Of a stretch of DNA of 64,000 nt, positions 29,811 through 39,097 are shown in pieces. Made by a program: the position numbers and the translations under genes. Position 1 is the stretch's first letter, and the number at the start of each line of letters is the position of its first letter. The DNA is taken from the NCBI GenBank assembly GCA_963674745.2, contig CAXXDV010000001.1, positions 1,664,001 through 1,728,000 on the forward strand, written 5' to 3'. Under the pieces are notes generated by a model. It made no database searches, was not told where the DNA came from, and was given only the letters and a program-made list of their open reading frames with translations. Origin of the DNA: Desulfosudaceae bacterium. GTDB taxonomy: Bacteria; Desulfobacterota; Desulfobacteria; Desulfobacterales; Desulfosudaceae.

Positions 29811-31067
29811 TTACACCGTCGCCCGGGCCCGCTGGGCGTCGATACTTTCCAGCAGGGCTTCCAGCCGGACATACACATTCTCCTGGCTGAATTTTCTTAC
29901 ATCAGCATGGTCCACATCGATCATGACGGCCGGAATGCCGAACTCTTCCTTGACGCGCCGTTCCTCGTCCATCTGCATGATGGAAAACACCTTGCAGCTG
30001 CGGTTGCTGGCAAAAACCACGCCGTCGATACCGAGTTGTTCAATAACCGGCTTCATGGCTTTTAATCGCAGGTCCATGCCCATGGGACAGACCGAGTGGT
30101 TCTGCACCCGGGCCATGTACCAGAGGGGATCGAGGCTTTCGTCATACTGGACCAGGTCAAAGCTGCCTTCCACAGAGCCGATACAGGAGGTGTACGGCGC
30201 GGCCACGATGTTGGCACCCATTTCGGCCAGGCGGTTTGACATTTTCCGTAACTGATGCCAGGGGGCGATGTTGTCCCACATCAACCGGTATTTTTCGTTC
30301 GGCACCGGAAAAATTCCCTGCCGGACGTTTTCTTCCGTCTCGTCGGCCAGGATTTTATAATGGTCGGCGAATTCTTTTGTCCCCCGGGCGACGAGGAACG
30401 GCGCCATCTGGACAAACGAATCAAACACGGTGATCCCGGACGGCCGATGGGCGGCACAGGCCATAAAACGCTTCCAGTCCGAAACCGCGGCCGCGGTATA
30501 AATCGCCGCTTCATGAAACTTGTCCGGATTAAAGGTCTCTCCGGACAGGTCCTCGACCATCTTAATCAGGTCTTTGAACTGGGTCAGTATATATTCCCGG
30601 TCTTTTTCCTGTTGCGGTCCATAGCAGAAGGGAACGTCGAGAATAAAATGGGGAATGTTCAGCTCGCGATGGTGGACATCAAACCATTTTGTCAGCAGGG
30701 AGCAGTTATTGGTATCGGAAACCAGCAGGTGTGGTTTGGGCAGCCCCATGGTAGGCGATGTCGCGCCGTTGTCGGCCATGCAGCCGATATCGATGCGGGC
30801 ATAGGAGCAAAGGTCCATGGAATAGCCCAGGGATTCGGCACGGAGGCACTGGTCCGCACCCACCCCTTTGGCGGCACAAAGCGCGGCATGACTTTCCGGC
30901 AGGCAGAAAACCACGTTGTCAAAACCCTGGAAAATTTCGGCCGGGACAATGATCGCCCCCCAGACCACAAATGCATCGTTGGCCGCCCGGGAATGCATGC
31001 CCATGTAAGCGTTGGTCAGCAGTTCCGTCAGGTTTCGGCCGGCTTGTGTCTTTTCGTTGATTTCCAT
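29811..31067 (-). CDS. 2-hydroxyacyl-CoA dehydratase-family subunit (HgdA/FldB-like)
   Basis: PESHAA, GYSMDLCSYAR, NNC, LDVP, IDGVVFASNRSCK; three candidate Fe-S Cys retained. Confidence 0.88.
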   Translation of the reverse strand: MEINEKTQAGRNLTELLTNAYMGMHSRAANDAFVVWGAIIVPAEIFQGFDNVVFCLPESHAALCAAKGVGADQCLRAESLGYSMDLCSYARIDIGCMADNGATSPTMGLPKPHLLVSDTNNCSLLTKWFDVHHRELNIPHFILDVPFCYGPQQEKDREYILTQFKDLIKMVEDLSGETFNPDKFHEAAIYTAAAVSDWKRFMACAAHRPSGITVFDSFVQMAPFLVARGTKEFADHYKILADETEENVRQGIFPVPNEKYRLMWDNIAPWHQLRKMSNRLAEMGANIVAAPYTSCIGSVEGSFDLVQYDESLDPLWYMARVQNHSVCPMGMDLRLKAMKPVIEQLGIDGVVFASNRSCKVFSIMQMDEERRVKEEFGIPAVMIDVDHADVRKFSQENVYVRLEALLESIDAQRARATV

Positions 31068-31080
31068 GTCGGGCCCTCTT

Positions 31081-32193
31081 TTATTTTTCGATCAGTTCCC
31101 TGAATGCTTCCAGGCGTGTGCGAAAGGTCTCGGCGCCGATATTGTCGTCCATGGATATTTCAAGGGACAAGACCGGTACCCCCTGGTCCTTGAGATTTTT
31201 TTCAAGGCTGGGAAGTTCAAAATATTCATATTCACAGAACTTTTCACCGACAAACACAAAACCCCGGGCGGAGTTTTCCAGAACCCGCCGGACGACCGCC
31301 TCCAGTCGGCTGTCGGAAGAATACAGCAGGGTGGTGCAGGGAAAATGTTCCCTGTAAAAGCGGACATAAAAGTCCAGGACGTCGTCCCATGTGTCCGGGG
31401 TGCGGGCGTAGGAACGGTGCATGAAAGCGATATCATTACCGGCCACGATCAGTCCGGCCTGGTCCATTATGTCACATATTTCCGTTGGCGGCGGCAGAAT
31501 ACCGCTGACCAGTACCCGGGCGGAATCATCTCCGGACAAGGGTTTTTCAGGGAGCCTGGAAAGCACTGCTTCCAGAAGGGCGATTTGTTTGTTGACTTCC
31601 ATAAAATTGGCATTGGTAAGCACCCGGCAAAAGTCGGCAAAAGGCAGCCTGCCCCGGGATACCGCATTTTCCAGCTGTCGGCAGAGTTCCCGCATGCGGT
31701 CATACAGTCCCACACTGTCGGCAAAGCGCTCCTCGGAAAATTTAACCCCGTAAAAATCCTCGAGGTTATTGATAAGGCGTTCAAATTCTTTTTTAAGATA
31801 ATCAGAAGCATCCGCTTGTTCCGGAGATGTCATGGGCAAATGAAAGCTGAAATGCGGGTGCAGCATGCCGCCGTTTGTCACCACCCCTTCGCGCAGAATT
31901 TCAGGCAGGTTGCGCAGGGTGTCACCGGCGTTATAGAACAGCAGCCCGTCTAAGAGTTCTTCCCATTCACTGATGACAAACTGGGTCAACCGGCGGGCGA
32001 CCGAACAGGCGTAGCTCTGGATATGCCGGTCGGCATCGTTGACATGGGGTACGACCTCGGCCAGCCCCCACAGAACAAACGGGGTCATTCCCAGGCTGTG
32101 CAGCAGTTCCAGCGGAGGGTAAAGCGGCATGCACCCGATAACGGGTCGGGAGCCGTTTTTCAGTCGGGTCAGTGCTTGCAGAGGTGTTTCCAT
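31081..32193 (-). CDS. 2-hydroxyacyl-CoA dehydratase-family subunit (HgdB/FldC-like)
   Basis: YPPLELLHSLG, IQSYACS, EKFCEY, TRLEAFRE. Confidence 0.85.
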   Translation of the reverse strand: METPLQALTRLKNGSRPVIGCMPLYPPLELLHSLGMTPFVLWGLAEVVPHVNDADRHIQSYACSVARRLTQFVISEWEELLDGLLFYNAGDTLRNLPEILREGVVTNGGMLHPHFSFHLPMTSPEQADASDYLKKEFERLINNLEDFYGVKFSEERFADSVGLYDRMRELCRQLENAVSRGRLPFADFCRVLTNANFMEVNKQIALLEAVLSRLPEKPLSGDDSARVLVSGILPPPTEICDIMDQAGLIVAGNDIAFMHRSYARTPDTWDDVLDFYVRFYREHFPCTTLLYSSDSRLEAVVRRVLENSARGFVFVGEKFCEYEYFELPSLEKNLKDQGVPVLSLEISMDDNIGAETFRTRLEAFRELIEK

Positions 32194-32270
32194 AAATCGC
32201 GGTTCCTTTCAAGTTCCATTGACAGACAGAATCCAGATTGCCAAACAATCTTTCAGCCGTTCATCCTGTA

Positions 32271-33896
32271 TCATGCGGCGGTTTCCGCCTCGGCCAATGC
32301 CAGATCCTGATAAGCATGGAAAAACCGGTCACAGAAATCGTCCCACTGTTCACAGGCGCGGATCGTCTTTTCATCCATATCAAAAAAATGCGGGATGTTC
32401 ATCAGTTCTACCAGTATACGGGTATATCCGTCAATAATTGCCGTATCCGTGCCCTTTAATATACGACCGACAAATTCTTCCGGCGGATACCACTGCCTTA
32501 CTTTCTGAAAGTCCAGAAAGAGCTGGGTCAGCAGAACGTTTCGCGGGCCTTCCCATAATTCATTGACCATGCCGTCCCGGAACATGCGGGGAAAGCTGGA
32601 AAAATCCTCCATGACACCGTGTCCGCCGAAGGAGCTGATGCCCAGCCGTGAAAGTTCGATGGCATCCCGGGCCACGGTAATTTTCTGCAGCAGAATCAGC
32701 TGCCGGACGTCAAAACGATGTTTGCGCATTTCCAGGGGCTCGTCGGTTTTCGAGCTGACCGACAGGCCGCCTGAATCCAGTCCCACGGAAAGGCCGCCGG
32801 GAAGTTCGATAAACGCCTTGTAGACCTTGAAATTACCGGCTATGGTTCGTTTGACAAAATGGGCGTTTTTTAAATACTGACCGGCCATCATGGGGAAATC
32901 CTTAAGTTTGAAGCCAAAGGCAGAGCGGAATTCCCCGTATTTTTCAACTTCCCGCAGACCTTTGGACATACCGCCGGCGGATCCAATGGACAGGGCCAGG
33001 CGGGAGCAGGTCAGCACAATGCCGACCACGTTGGCCACCCCCCGGTTAAGCGGGCCGAGGGGATAGGCCAGGGCGCCGTTGTAGGTCATTTCGGCCGTGG
33101 GCAGTTCGACCGTGCCCATTTTCCATTTCAGGCGGTCGATGGTGTAGCCGTTGCGAATCTCTTTTGTTTTATTCCCCTCAAGCCAGCTAGGTACGACAAA
33201 CAGGGCCACGGTCTCCGCCCCACGGGGCTTGGCGGTTACCACGGAATAATCGGCATGGGCCGCGGAACAGAAAAACTTGGTACCGTACAAACGCCATTGA
33301 CCGTCCTCTTGTACCGCTTCCAGGAGGTTGGCGGGTACGTCCGAACCGCCCTGAATTTCGGAGACAAACTGGGCGCCGATGGCAAAATCACCGTTCCGGC
33401 CGTCTCTGACATGTTCCAGAATGGCGATGGTTTCCGGGGTGTCGGCGTATTTTTCCAGCAGTTCCGCCAGTCCCCAGGTGCAGATCAGCGGACATGCCAG
33501 TCCGGCTTCGGAGTTCTGGCTTAACAGGTAGAGTTTGACAAACCGGTCCCAGTCGGAGGTGGTTTTCGCAAACCAGGCCTCTCCAAAGACCTCTTTTTCC
33601 ATTACTTCCAGGGCGAAAGGGCGCACAATACGATCAATCCGGTTTTTGTGACCGTCATGATGCATCATGTATGGCCGGTTGTCGGGGGTGACAATTCGTT
33701 CGGTCAGGTCCCGCCAGCGGAAAGACGCTTTTTCGGAAAATTCCCGGGCCCGCAAGATGACTGAATCGGCTTCATCACCGGCATACAGCCGGATCATTTT
33801 CTGCAAAAACGGATCTGCTTCAAAATAATCGACATTTTGGCGCCATTCCAGATATGGGTTGAAGGTGTAAGGGTTGTTTCGGTCCGGATAAGACAT
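32271..33896 (-). CDS. Acyl-CoA dehydrogenase family protein (AidB-like)
   Basis: ACPLICT, AQFVSEIQGGSDV, LYGTKFFCS, RLKWKMGTVELPTAE, FGGHGVMEDF, ELWEGPRNV. Confidence 0.9.
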   Translation of the reverse strand: MSYPDRNNPYTFNPYLEWRQNVDYFEADPFLQKMIRLYAGDEADSVILRAREFSEKASFRWRDLTERIVTPDNRPYMMHHDGHKNRIDRIVRPFALEVMEKEVFGEAWFAKTTSDWDRFVKLYLLSQNSEAGLACPLICTWGLAELLEKYADTPETIAILEHVRDGRNGDFAIGAQFVSEIQGGSDVPANLLEAVQEDGQWRLYGTKFFCSAAHADYSVVTAKPRGAETVALFVVPSWLEGNKTKEIRNGYTIDRLKWKMGTVELPTAEMTYNGALAYPLGPLNRGVANVVGIVLTCSRLALSIGSAGGMSKGLREVEKYGEFRSAFGFKLKDFPMMAGQYLKNAHFVKRTIAGNFKVYKAFIELPGGLSVGLDSGGLSVSSKTDEPLEMRKHRFDVRQLILLQKITVARDAIELSRLGISSFGGHGVMEDFSSFPRMFRDGMVNELWEGPRNVLLTQLFLDFQKVRQWYPPEEFVGRILKGTDTAIIDGYTRILVELMNIPHFFDMDEKTIRACEQWDDFCDRFFHAYQDLALAEAETAA

Positions 33897-33941
33897 GGGG
33901 GCCTCCTTCTGGTTAAATAAACCGGTTTGCGGTTATGAAAC

Positions 33942-34018
33942 AAAATCCACAACCGGTAAAAAATATACAGCCCGCCGGGCCGGGGTGTCAAGAAAAAAAT
34001 CCACAACCGGTAAAAAAT
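33942..34018. promoter_or_regulatory. Two identical 23-bp operator-like direct repeats in the divergent acyl-CoA dehydrogenase / TetR promoter region
   Basis: AAAATCCACAACCGGTAAAAAAT at 33942-33964 and 33996-34018, flanking a minus-strand TTGACA (33991-33986) and overlapping a TATATT -10 (33967-33962). Confidence 0.75.
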
Positions 34019-34056
34019 GTTTGTTCCCCCCGGTTTTTAATGGTAATCTTCAAAAT

Positions 34057-35418
34057 ATGGCAGATGAAAAAGTTTCCAAAGGAGAAGAAACCCGGGCTCG
34101 CATCCTGGCCGCGGCCCGTGATGTTTTTACGACGAATTCGTTTCAGGCCGCCAGCATCAGGGCCATTGCCAATAAAGCCGGCGTGCGGCATCCGCTGGTG
34201 GTGCATTACTTCAAGTCCAAAACCGCGTTGTTCGAAGCCGTATCCTCACAAATCCAGCAGGACCTGCTGGAAAGCCATGCCGGTTTTTACCATCACCTGA
34301 CGGCGTTGGCGCCGGACCGGCGCCTGGATGTTTACCTGGAAGGTGTCATTCGTCAGGGGTTACGGGAGACCGATGCCTATCGTATGATTCTGCTCAACAC
34401 CATGGAAATGATTGTCCCCCATAAACCCCTGCCCGGTCTTGACCGGATGGCCGGGATTTATCAAAGAACCTGTTCGCTGGTCGGCGATTATGTCCTTCAA
34501 GGGGCTTCCGGGGACCACATCGACATGTTCATGACCGTTTTTACCATGACCGCGGCCCACTTTTTCGGCGGCCGGGCCTTTCATCAAAAGGTACTGGGGC
34601 TGGTTTCGGACGCGGCATATGAGCGCTGGGTCGGCGCCACCTTCAGGCAGATTTTCAGGCCGGTGCTGGAGGCATTGTCCGGGGACAGGGCATTGTCGAT
34701 GGATAAATACATGTCACGATGGCAGGAAACACATGGCTCCGGCAACAGGGGTTTTCCAGGCGGCCGATCGGGCATCAAATCTGAAGAAAACAAATCCCTG
34801 CTCCGGGGCGACATCACCCGGCAGCGCATTATCGAGGCCGCCTGCCAGGTTTTTGCCGTCTATCCCTACGACCGGGCCACCATCCGCATGATCGGCGAGG
34901 CCGCAGGATTTGATTTTTCCCGAATCCACCACATGTTTCCCACCAAGGCGGAATTATTTGAAGCCGTGATCCATGCGAATTTTAAAGCATTCATGAACGT
35001 TGTCTCCGACTGGCAGGAGGGTACGGCCGGAATGACGCCTGAGGAGGTGTTTGTTCACTACCTTCAAAAAGGGTTGTTTTATTGTTTTGAGAATCGCGAA
35101 ACCCTGGGCATGCTGGTGGTCAATATCGCTCATTATGAGAACTACCGGGACGTTTCGGGTTTTCCGTTTATGGCCCGGGTCCATTCCAATATGCTGGAGA
35201 TGGTGAAGCAGAGTGCGCCGGCCGGCGTGCCTTATGAAAAGGTGAGCAGCTGGCTGTACACGATTGTCATGATGGGCTATACCTTTGCCGGTGCGCCCGG
35301 ATATCCGGCCCGGATGATGGGCTTGGAACCAGATTCAGACGCCTACCGGCGACGGGTGTTTGAAACGCTGTTGTATGTTTTTATGCCGGCATTATTGAAA
35401 AACGTGGAACGGTTGTAA
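34057..35418 (+). CDS. Tandem (double) TetR-family regulator
   Basis: Two TetR HTH units: TRARILAAA…SIRAIANKAGV…VHYFKSKTALF and TRQRIIEAA…TIRMIGEAAG…HHMFPTKAELF. Start moved to ATG 34057. Confidence 0.9.
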   Translation: MADEKVSKGEETRARILAAARDVFTTNSFQAASIRAIANKAGVRHPLVVHYFKSKTALFEAVSSQIQQDLLESHAGFYHHLTALAPDRRLDVYLEGVIRQGLRETDAYRMILLNTMEMIVPHKPLPGLDRMAGIYQRTCSLVGDYVLQGASGDHIDMFMTVFTMTAAHFFGGRAFHQKVLGLVSDAAYERWVGATFRQIFRPVLEALSGDRALSMDKYMSRWQETHGSGNRGFPGGRSGIKSEENKSLLRGDITRQRIIEAACQVFAVYPYDRATIRMIGEAAGFDFSRIHHMFPTKAELFEAVIHANFKAFMNVVSDWQEGTAGMTPEEVFVHYLQKGLFYCFENRETLGMLVVNIAHYENYRDVSGFPFMARVHSNMLEMVKQSAPAGVPYEKVSSWLYTIVMMGYTFAGAPGYPARMMGLEPDSDAYRRRVFETLLYVFMPALLKNVERL

Positions 35419-35466
35419 AATGCAGCAGAGCCTGGCTGCTTCGACCAAGCGCAGGTCGTGACTCGC

Positions 35467-35576
35467 GTAGGGGCACCCCCCTGTGGGTGCCCTTTTATCG
35501 GGCGGCCACAGGGGGCCGCCCCTACAACATTGGCGAATGGTCGTGAACGCACGTAGGGGCACGGCGTGCCTGCCCT
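35467..35576. repeat. GTAG-type REP doublet plus a third REP-like unit
   Basis: GTAGGGGCACCCCCCTGTGGGTGCCC…GGGCGGCCACAGGGGGCCGCCCCTAC, then GTAGGGGCACGGCGTGCCTGCCCT overlapping the yedF stop. Confidence 0.75.
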
Positions 35577-36180
35577 AAAGGGTGATAACCTTGTCGGCCA
35601 GCTGCATGGCCGTAACAATATCCAGCATGTTGGTGGTCTGGCCCACCTGTTTTTTGTCCAGAAGGTCAAAATGGTCCAGGCAGGTGCCGCAGACCAGGAT
35701 GGTCAGGCCGTTTTTTTCGTAACCTTTTAAGTCGTCGAGTACGGCCGAGCCTTCAATGGCCATCTTGACACCGTTGTTGACCAGTACCAGGCGCCAGAGG
35801 TCATCGCCCATTTCCTTTAAGGTGCGGATATAGTTCACCATCAGTTTCAGCCCCAGGGCGTCGTCACCAAACCCCAGGCGATCGGTGGCGCACATGACCA
35901 TGATGCGGGTCTGCTCCTCCGGTGATTCAGTCGATCCGGCGGATGGTCCGGGGGCGGGGGCTGCCGCTGCGTCACGTGAAGCGGTGAGGAGAAAATCGTC
36001 TCCCTGCTCCTGAACATTGATGGTAAATCCCTGTGACTCCAGAAAGCGGAGCACGTTCTGCAGGGAGGCCTTGTTATCCACCAGAACATTAACGGCATTG
36101 AGCGGTTCTGATTCAATGGCGGCCTTGGTCTGCAAAACCGGGGCGGGGCAGGAAAGCCCCCGGGCATCAATCTGCTTCAT
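35575..36180 (-). CDS. yedF: Sulfurtransferase-like selenium metabolism protein (TusA-like + DsrE-like)
   Basis: IDARGLSCPAPVL (TusA CPxP), GDDALGLKLM, NNGVK, CGTCLDHF, TNMLDIV. Confidence 0.88.
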   Translation of the reverse strand: MKQIDARGLSCPAPVLQTKAAIESEPLNAVNVLVDNKASLQNVLRFLESQGFTINVQEQGDDFLLTASRDAAAAPAPGPSAGSTESPEEQTRIMVMCATDRLGFGDDALGLKLMVNYIRTLKEMGDDLWRLVLVNNGVKMAIEGSAVLDDLKGYEKNGLTILVCGTCLDHFDLLDKKQVGQTTNMLDIVTAMQLADKVITL

Positions 36181-36193
36181 CTGATCATCTCCT

Positions 36194-36817
36194 TCAATGA
36201 TTTAATGCCGGGGCATACACATCATGCCGGTCGGGAATTTCAGGCCGGCATCGTCCGTCGCGAATGGCGTCAATCAAGTCCTGCCGGTTGTGAATCGGTG
36301 TTTCAAAACGGGTTACCACACGGCCGACCTCAGCCGGCGAGTGGGCGTCGCTGCCGCCGGTTTCAACAAGATGATACCGGTTCCGCCACTGGCTGGCCTG
36401 AAGATTTTCAATGACGGTATTACGGCCGTTGACGCTTTCCATGGCCGGGCATAGGCCAGCCGCAATCGGGTGTTCGGAAACCGGACGTATTTTTCGAAAG
36501 GGGTGTGCGGCCACGGCCACGCCGCCGGTGTTCCGGACATGGATCAGCAGGTCATCGGCGGCCATGTTTTTGGGGAGTTCTTCATACGGGCCGAAAATCA
36601 GAAAATCACCGTCGGCCGTGGTATATTCCATACCAAAAATAACCGTCAGGCCGTTTTCCTGGCGGCCCTCTGTCAGGTGGTGGCGGATGTTCATGGTCTG
36701 GTGATCGGTGACACAAATGCCATCGATACCGGCCAGCGCAGCGCTTTCCAGCAGTGTGTCAGTGCCCAGCACGCTGCACGGAGACAGGTTTGTGTGTATG
36801 TGAATATCAAACAACAT
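36194..36817 (-). CDS. PHP-domain metal-dependent phosphoesterase
   Basis: DIHIHT, VTDH, GMEY, AHPFR, GGSDAH. Confidence 0.9.
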   Translation of the reverse strand: MLFDIHIHTNLSPCSVLGTDTLLESAALAGIDGICVTDHQTMNIRHHLTEGRQENGLTVIFGMEYTTADGDFLIFGPYEELPKNMAADDLLIHVRNTGGVAVAAHPFRKIRPVSEHPIAAGLCPAMESVNGRNTVIENLQASQWRNRYHLVETGGSDAHSPAEVGRVVTRFETPIHNRQDLIDAIRDGRCRPEIPDRHDVYAPALNH

Positions 36818-36933
36818 AATTAAATAATGATATCGGAAGGGTGAAAAATCAAATTGATTGTTTCAATGCGCAGTGGCGTTTGTATAGAAAAAGCCGATGA
36901 ATTCGGGAAAAGGCCGGAATCGGTGCCCCCGGT

Positions 36934-38160
36934 TTATCTCCGCCGCTTCAGGTCCTGCTTTTCAGCGGCACTGAAGATGCCCGGCAGTTGCCGGATACCT
37001 TCCACAACCATGCTGTTGATGTTGAAAAAGGTGATGCCGCGATTGCTCCCCAGGTGTTCGGTGATGGCGGACATGGGCCATTTGGCCATGCGTACATAGA
37101 TATGGCTGCTGTTAACGTCCCGGGCCAGGATCATGGCGGCGGTAATGTTGCCGATATCATCATCCGTACACAGAAAAAAGGCTTTTTCAGGGCTGTCCGT
37201 CAGGTGCAGGGTCTGGATGCAGGCCTGAGAAAAAGTCACCCGGTCGGCCAGATCCAGGTCGGCCGCCAGGGAAGCGACTTCTTCGGTCAGGTCCCGGGTG
37301 TCGATAATTTCAAAGCTTCGTGCTTTCGGGTTACGCATATCCCGGGACAGGACGTCAAGCAGGTCGCGGCCGAACTTGCCGAAACCGAGAATGGTAATAT
37401 GTTTGATATCCCGGCGAGTGTCCCGGTTAAAATGCCGGGCAATCATGTTGGTGGCGGCAATGCGGTAGGTATCAAAATAACGAATGCCCAGCACCCCTTC
37501 GGTACGAAAGATCCGGCGCGCGGTTTCAGCCAGTTTTTCATTGGCGATATGTGCCCAGAGGAGGCGTATCCGGCCCTCGGGTGCCCGCATCCAGTCATAG
37601 GCACCGACAACCCCTTCGAGGTTGGCCAGGTCGTCACCCGACGCGAAAATCATGGCCCGGCAACGCGCCGCGCCTGCCTTTTCGAGCACCAGCCGGGAAT
37701 GAAAACTCCCCTGGATCATGGAAACATGGTGCTCGGCGCACCAGTCATCAAAGCATTCCGGATCTCCCCAGTCAATTCCGACCACCCTTACCCCGGCCTG
37801 CTTGAGGGTTTCGGCCAGCAGTTTACCGGTCCGGCCGACGCCGCAGATCAACACATGCCCCTTCAGCCAGCGCGTGGCCAGCAGCGGAGAATGCTTTAAA
37901 AAATAGGAGATGGCCGTGCCCGCGGCCGACAGGGCAATTGCCGGTGCGAAAAAATAAATAAAAATCAAAGGCGGATGGGATGGAAAGGCCGGCAGATCAT
38001 GTTCCAGAATAAACAGGCGGATGGTAAAATAAAGCGCCCCCCAGAAGTCCAGTCCCGGGCTCGCTTTTGGAAAGTAAATGATCCCGATGACCATTACCAA
38101 GGTGATACTCAGCGTCCAGGCCATGATCTTAAGGGACAGTTTGCGGTTGGTGTTTTTCAT
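36934..38160 (-). CDS. Two-TM protein with tandem TrkA-N/RCK (Rossmann) domains
   Basis: Two TM helices around a pore-helix-like FWGALYFTIRLF; HVLICGVGRTG and ILGFGKFG Rossmann motifs. Confidence 0.8.
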   Translation of the reverse strand: MKNTNRKLSLKIMAWTLSITLVMVIGIIYFPKASPGLDFWGALYFTIRLFILEHDLPAFPSHPPLIFIYFFAPAIALSAAGTAISYFLKHSPLLATRWLKGHVLICGVGRTGKLLAETLKQAGVRVVGIDWGDPECFDDWCAEHHVSMIQGSFHSRLVLEKAGAARCRAMIFASGDDLANLEGVVGAYDWMRAPEGRIRLLWAHIANEKLAETARRIFRTEGVLGIRYFDTYRIAATNMIARHFNRDTRRDIKHITILGFGKFGRDLLDVLSRDMRNPKARSFEIIDTRDLTEEVASLAADLDLADRVTFSQACIQTLHLTDSPEKAFFLCTDDDIGNITAAMILARDVNSSHIYVRMAKWPMSAITEHLGSNRGITFFNINSMVVEGIRQLPGIFSAAEKQDLKRRR

Positions 38161-38280
38161 ACCGGCGTCCGAATATGTAAAAGATTATTCAGGGTATGAT
38201 ATCTTTTTCCATGCGATTGATAAATGCAATAATGAACAGGAAAAATAAAATATTCATCAGGAAAAGGTTCTTCCGCAATG

Positions 38281-38994
38281 TCAAGATTGCCGAAGCCTGC
38301 CTTGTGAATCCAGCGCTGCATGCATTCTGCTCCGACTTTTCGCTTCAGCTTCTGGAACAGGGGCTCGTTTTTCATCACTATCTACTGGAATTAGAATCTC
38401 ATTGCGTCGCAGGAACCATGGCGTGAAAGGCGGGTTGTAACGCGCCCAGACCGGTTCGCCCAGAATTCTGAATCCGTTTTCTGCAATCCAGGCCTCAAGT
38501 TCCTTCAGGTATCGAAGGTAGCGCTTCTCACTCCATGTACCGGAATACCGTACGCAGGCCATCCGGCGTGCTTTTATCCGGCGCAACTTGACATCCGGGT
38601 TATTCGGGACCGGTAAGGTCTCCAGTGTATATGACATGGGCATCATGAATGAAACCAGCCACCCTCCGGCCGTGGGTTTCTGTCCGACAGGTGCTGTCAT
38701 GGCGATCTTTTCTGATGACGGTTTCTGGGTTACCGGCGACGTCATCGATATGCTTTGCCGTGATTGATTCTCACCGGATATGTAATTAAACAACCGTTTG
38801 AAAGCCTTGTCTCCGGCATCCTCAAGAGGGCCCCCGACTTCGGTCTCCGCTATAATATAAGGTGGATAATCGCGGAGTTCAAAATTATTTGTCTGTCTCA
38901 GGAGTTTGTATCTGGCCTCCTCGACTGAGGTGGCACACCCTGCCGCAAAACCCGTCAGCAGGATTAAAACAATGATTGATTTTATGTGCTGCAT
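38281..38994 (-). CDS. SOUL heme-binding family lipoprotein
   Basis: Lipobox-like FAAGC, FELRDYP, AFKRLFNYISGEN, IAMTAPV, ARYNPPFTPWFLRRNEILIPV. Confidence 0.9.
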   Translation of the reverse strand: MQHIKSIIVLILLTGFAAGCATSVEEARYKLLRQTNNFELRDYPPYIIAETEVGGPLEDAGDKAFKRLFNYISGENQSRQSISMTSPVTQKPSSEKIAMTAPVGQKPTAGGWLVSFMMPMSYTLETLPVPNNPDVKLRRIKARRMACVRYSGTWSEKRYLRYLKELEAWIAENGFRILGEPVWARYNPPFTPWFLRRNEILIPVDSDEKRAPVPEAEAKSRSRMHAALDSQGRLRQS

Positions 38995-39022
38995 TACAGT
39001 TACCCCCCTTGATCGTTTTGCC

Positions 39023-39083
39023 GATTAACGCTGCTTATCAGCGGCGCGGGTTGCCGGCGTCAGCTGAAACGCTTTTGTTCGCC
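39023..39083 (-). mobile_element. attC-like integron cassette recombination site
   Basis: Minus strand GGCGAAC-AAAAGCG-TTTCAGCTGACGCCGG-CAA-CCCGCGCCGCTGAT-AAGCAGC-GTTAATC: AAC…GTT R boxes, imperfect L boxes with extra bases, 61 bp, right after the hydrolase stop. Confidence 0.7.
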
Positions 39084-39097
39084 CGATATCGTTTCGA

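Noticed and set aside
29811..32193. Benzoyl-CoA reductase BcrBC
   Set aside because: Same family, but no BcrAD ATPase subunits or ring-cleavage genes are present; kept at family level.
33942..34018. Two 23-bp direct repeats with a 31-bp spacer as a mini-CRISPR
   Set aside because: Only two units, no cas genes, and the spacer holds a -35 element; an operator pair fits better.
38157..38378. 73-aa ORF, and a possible attC half-site near 38310-38335 after the SOUL domain
   Set aside because: The ORF overlaps the SOUL gene with no recognisable motif; the half-site lacks AAC and a partner arm.
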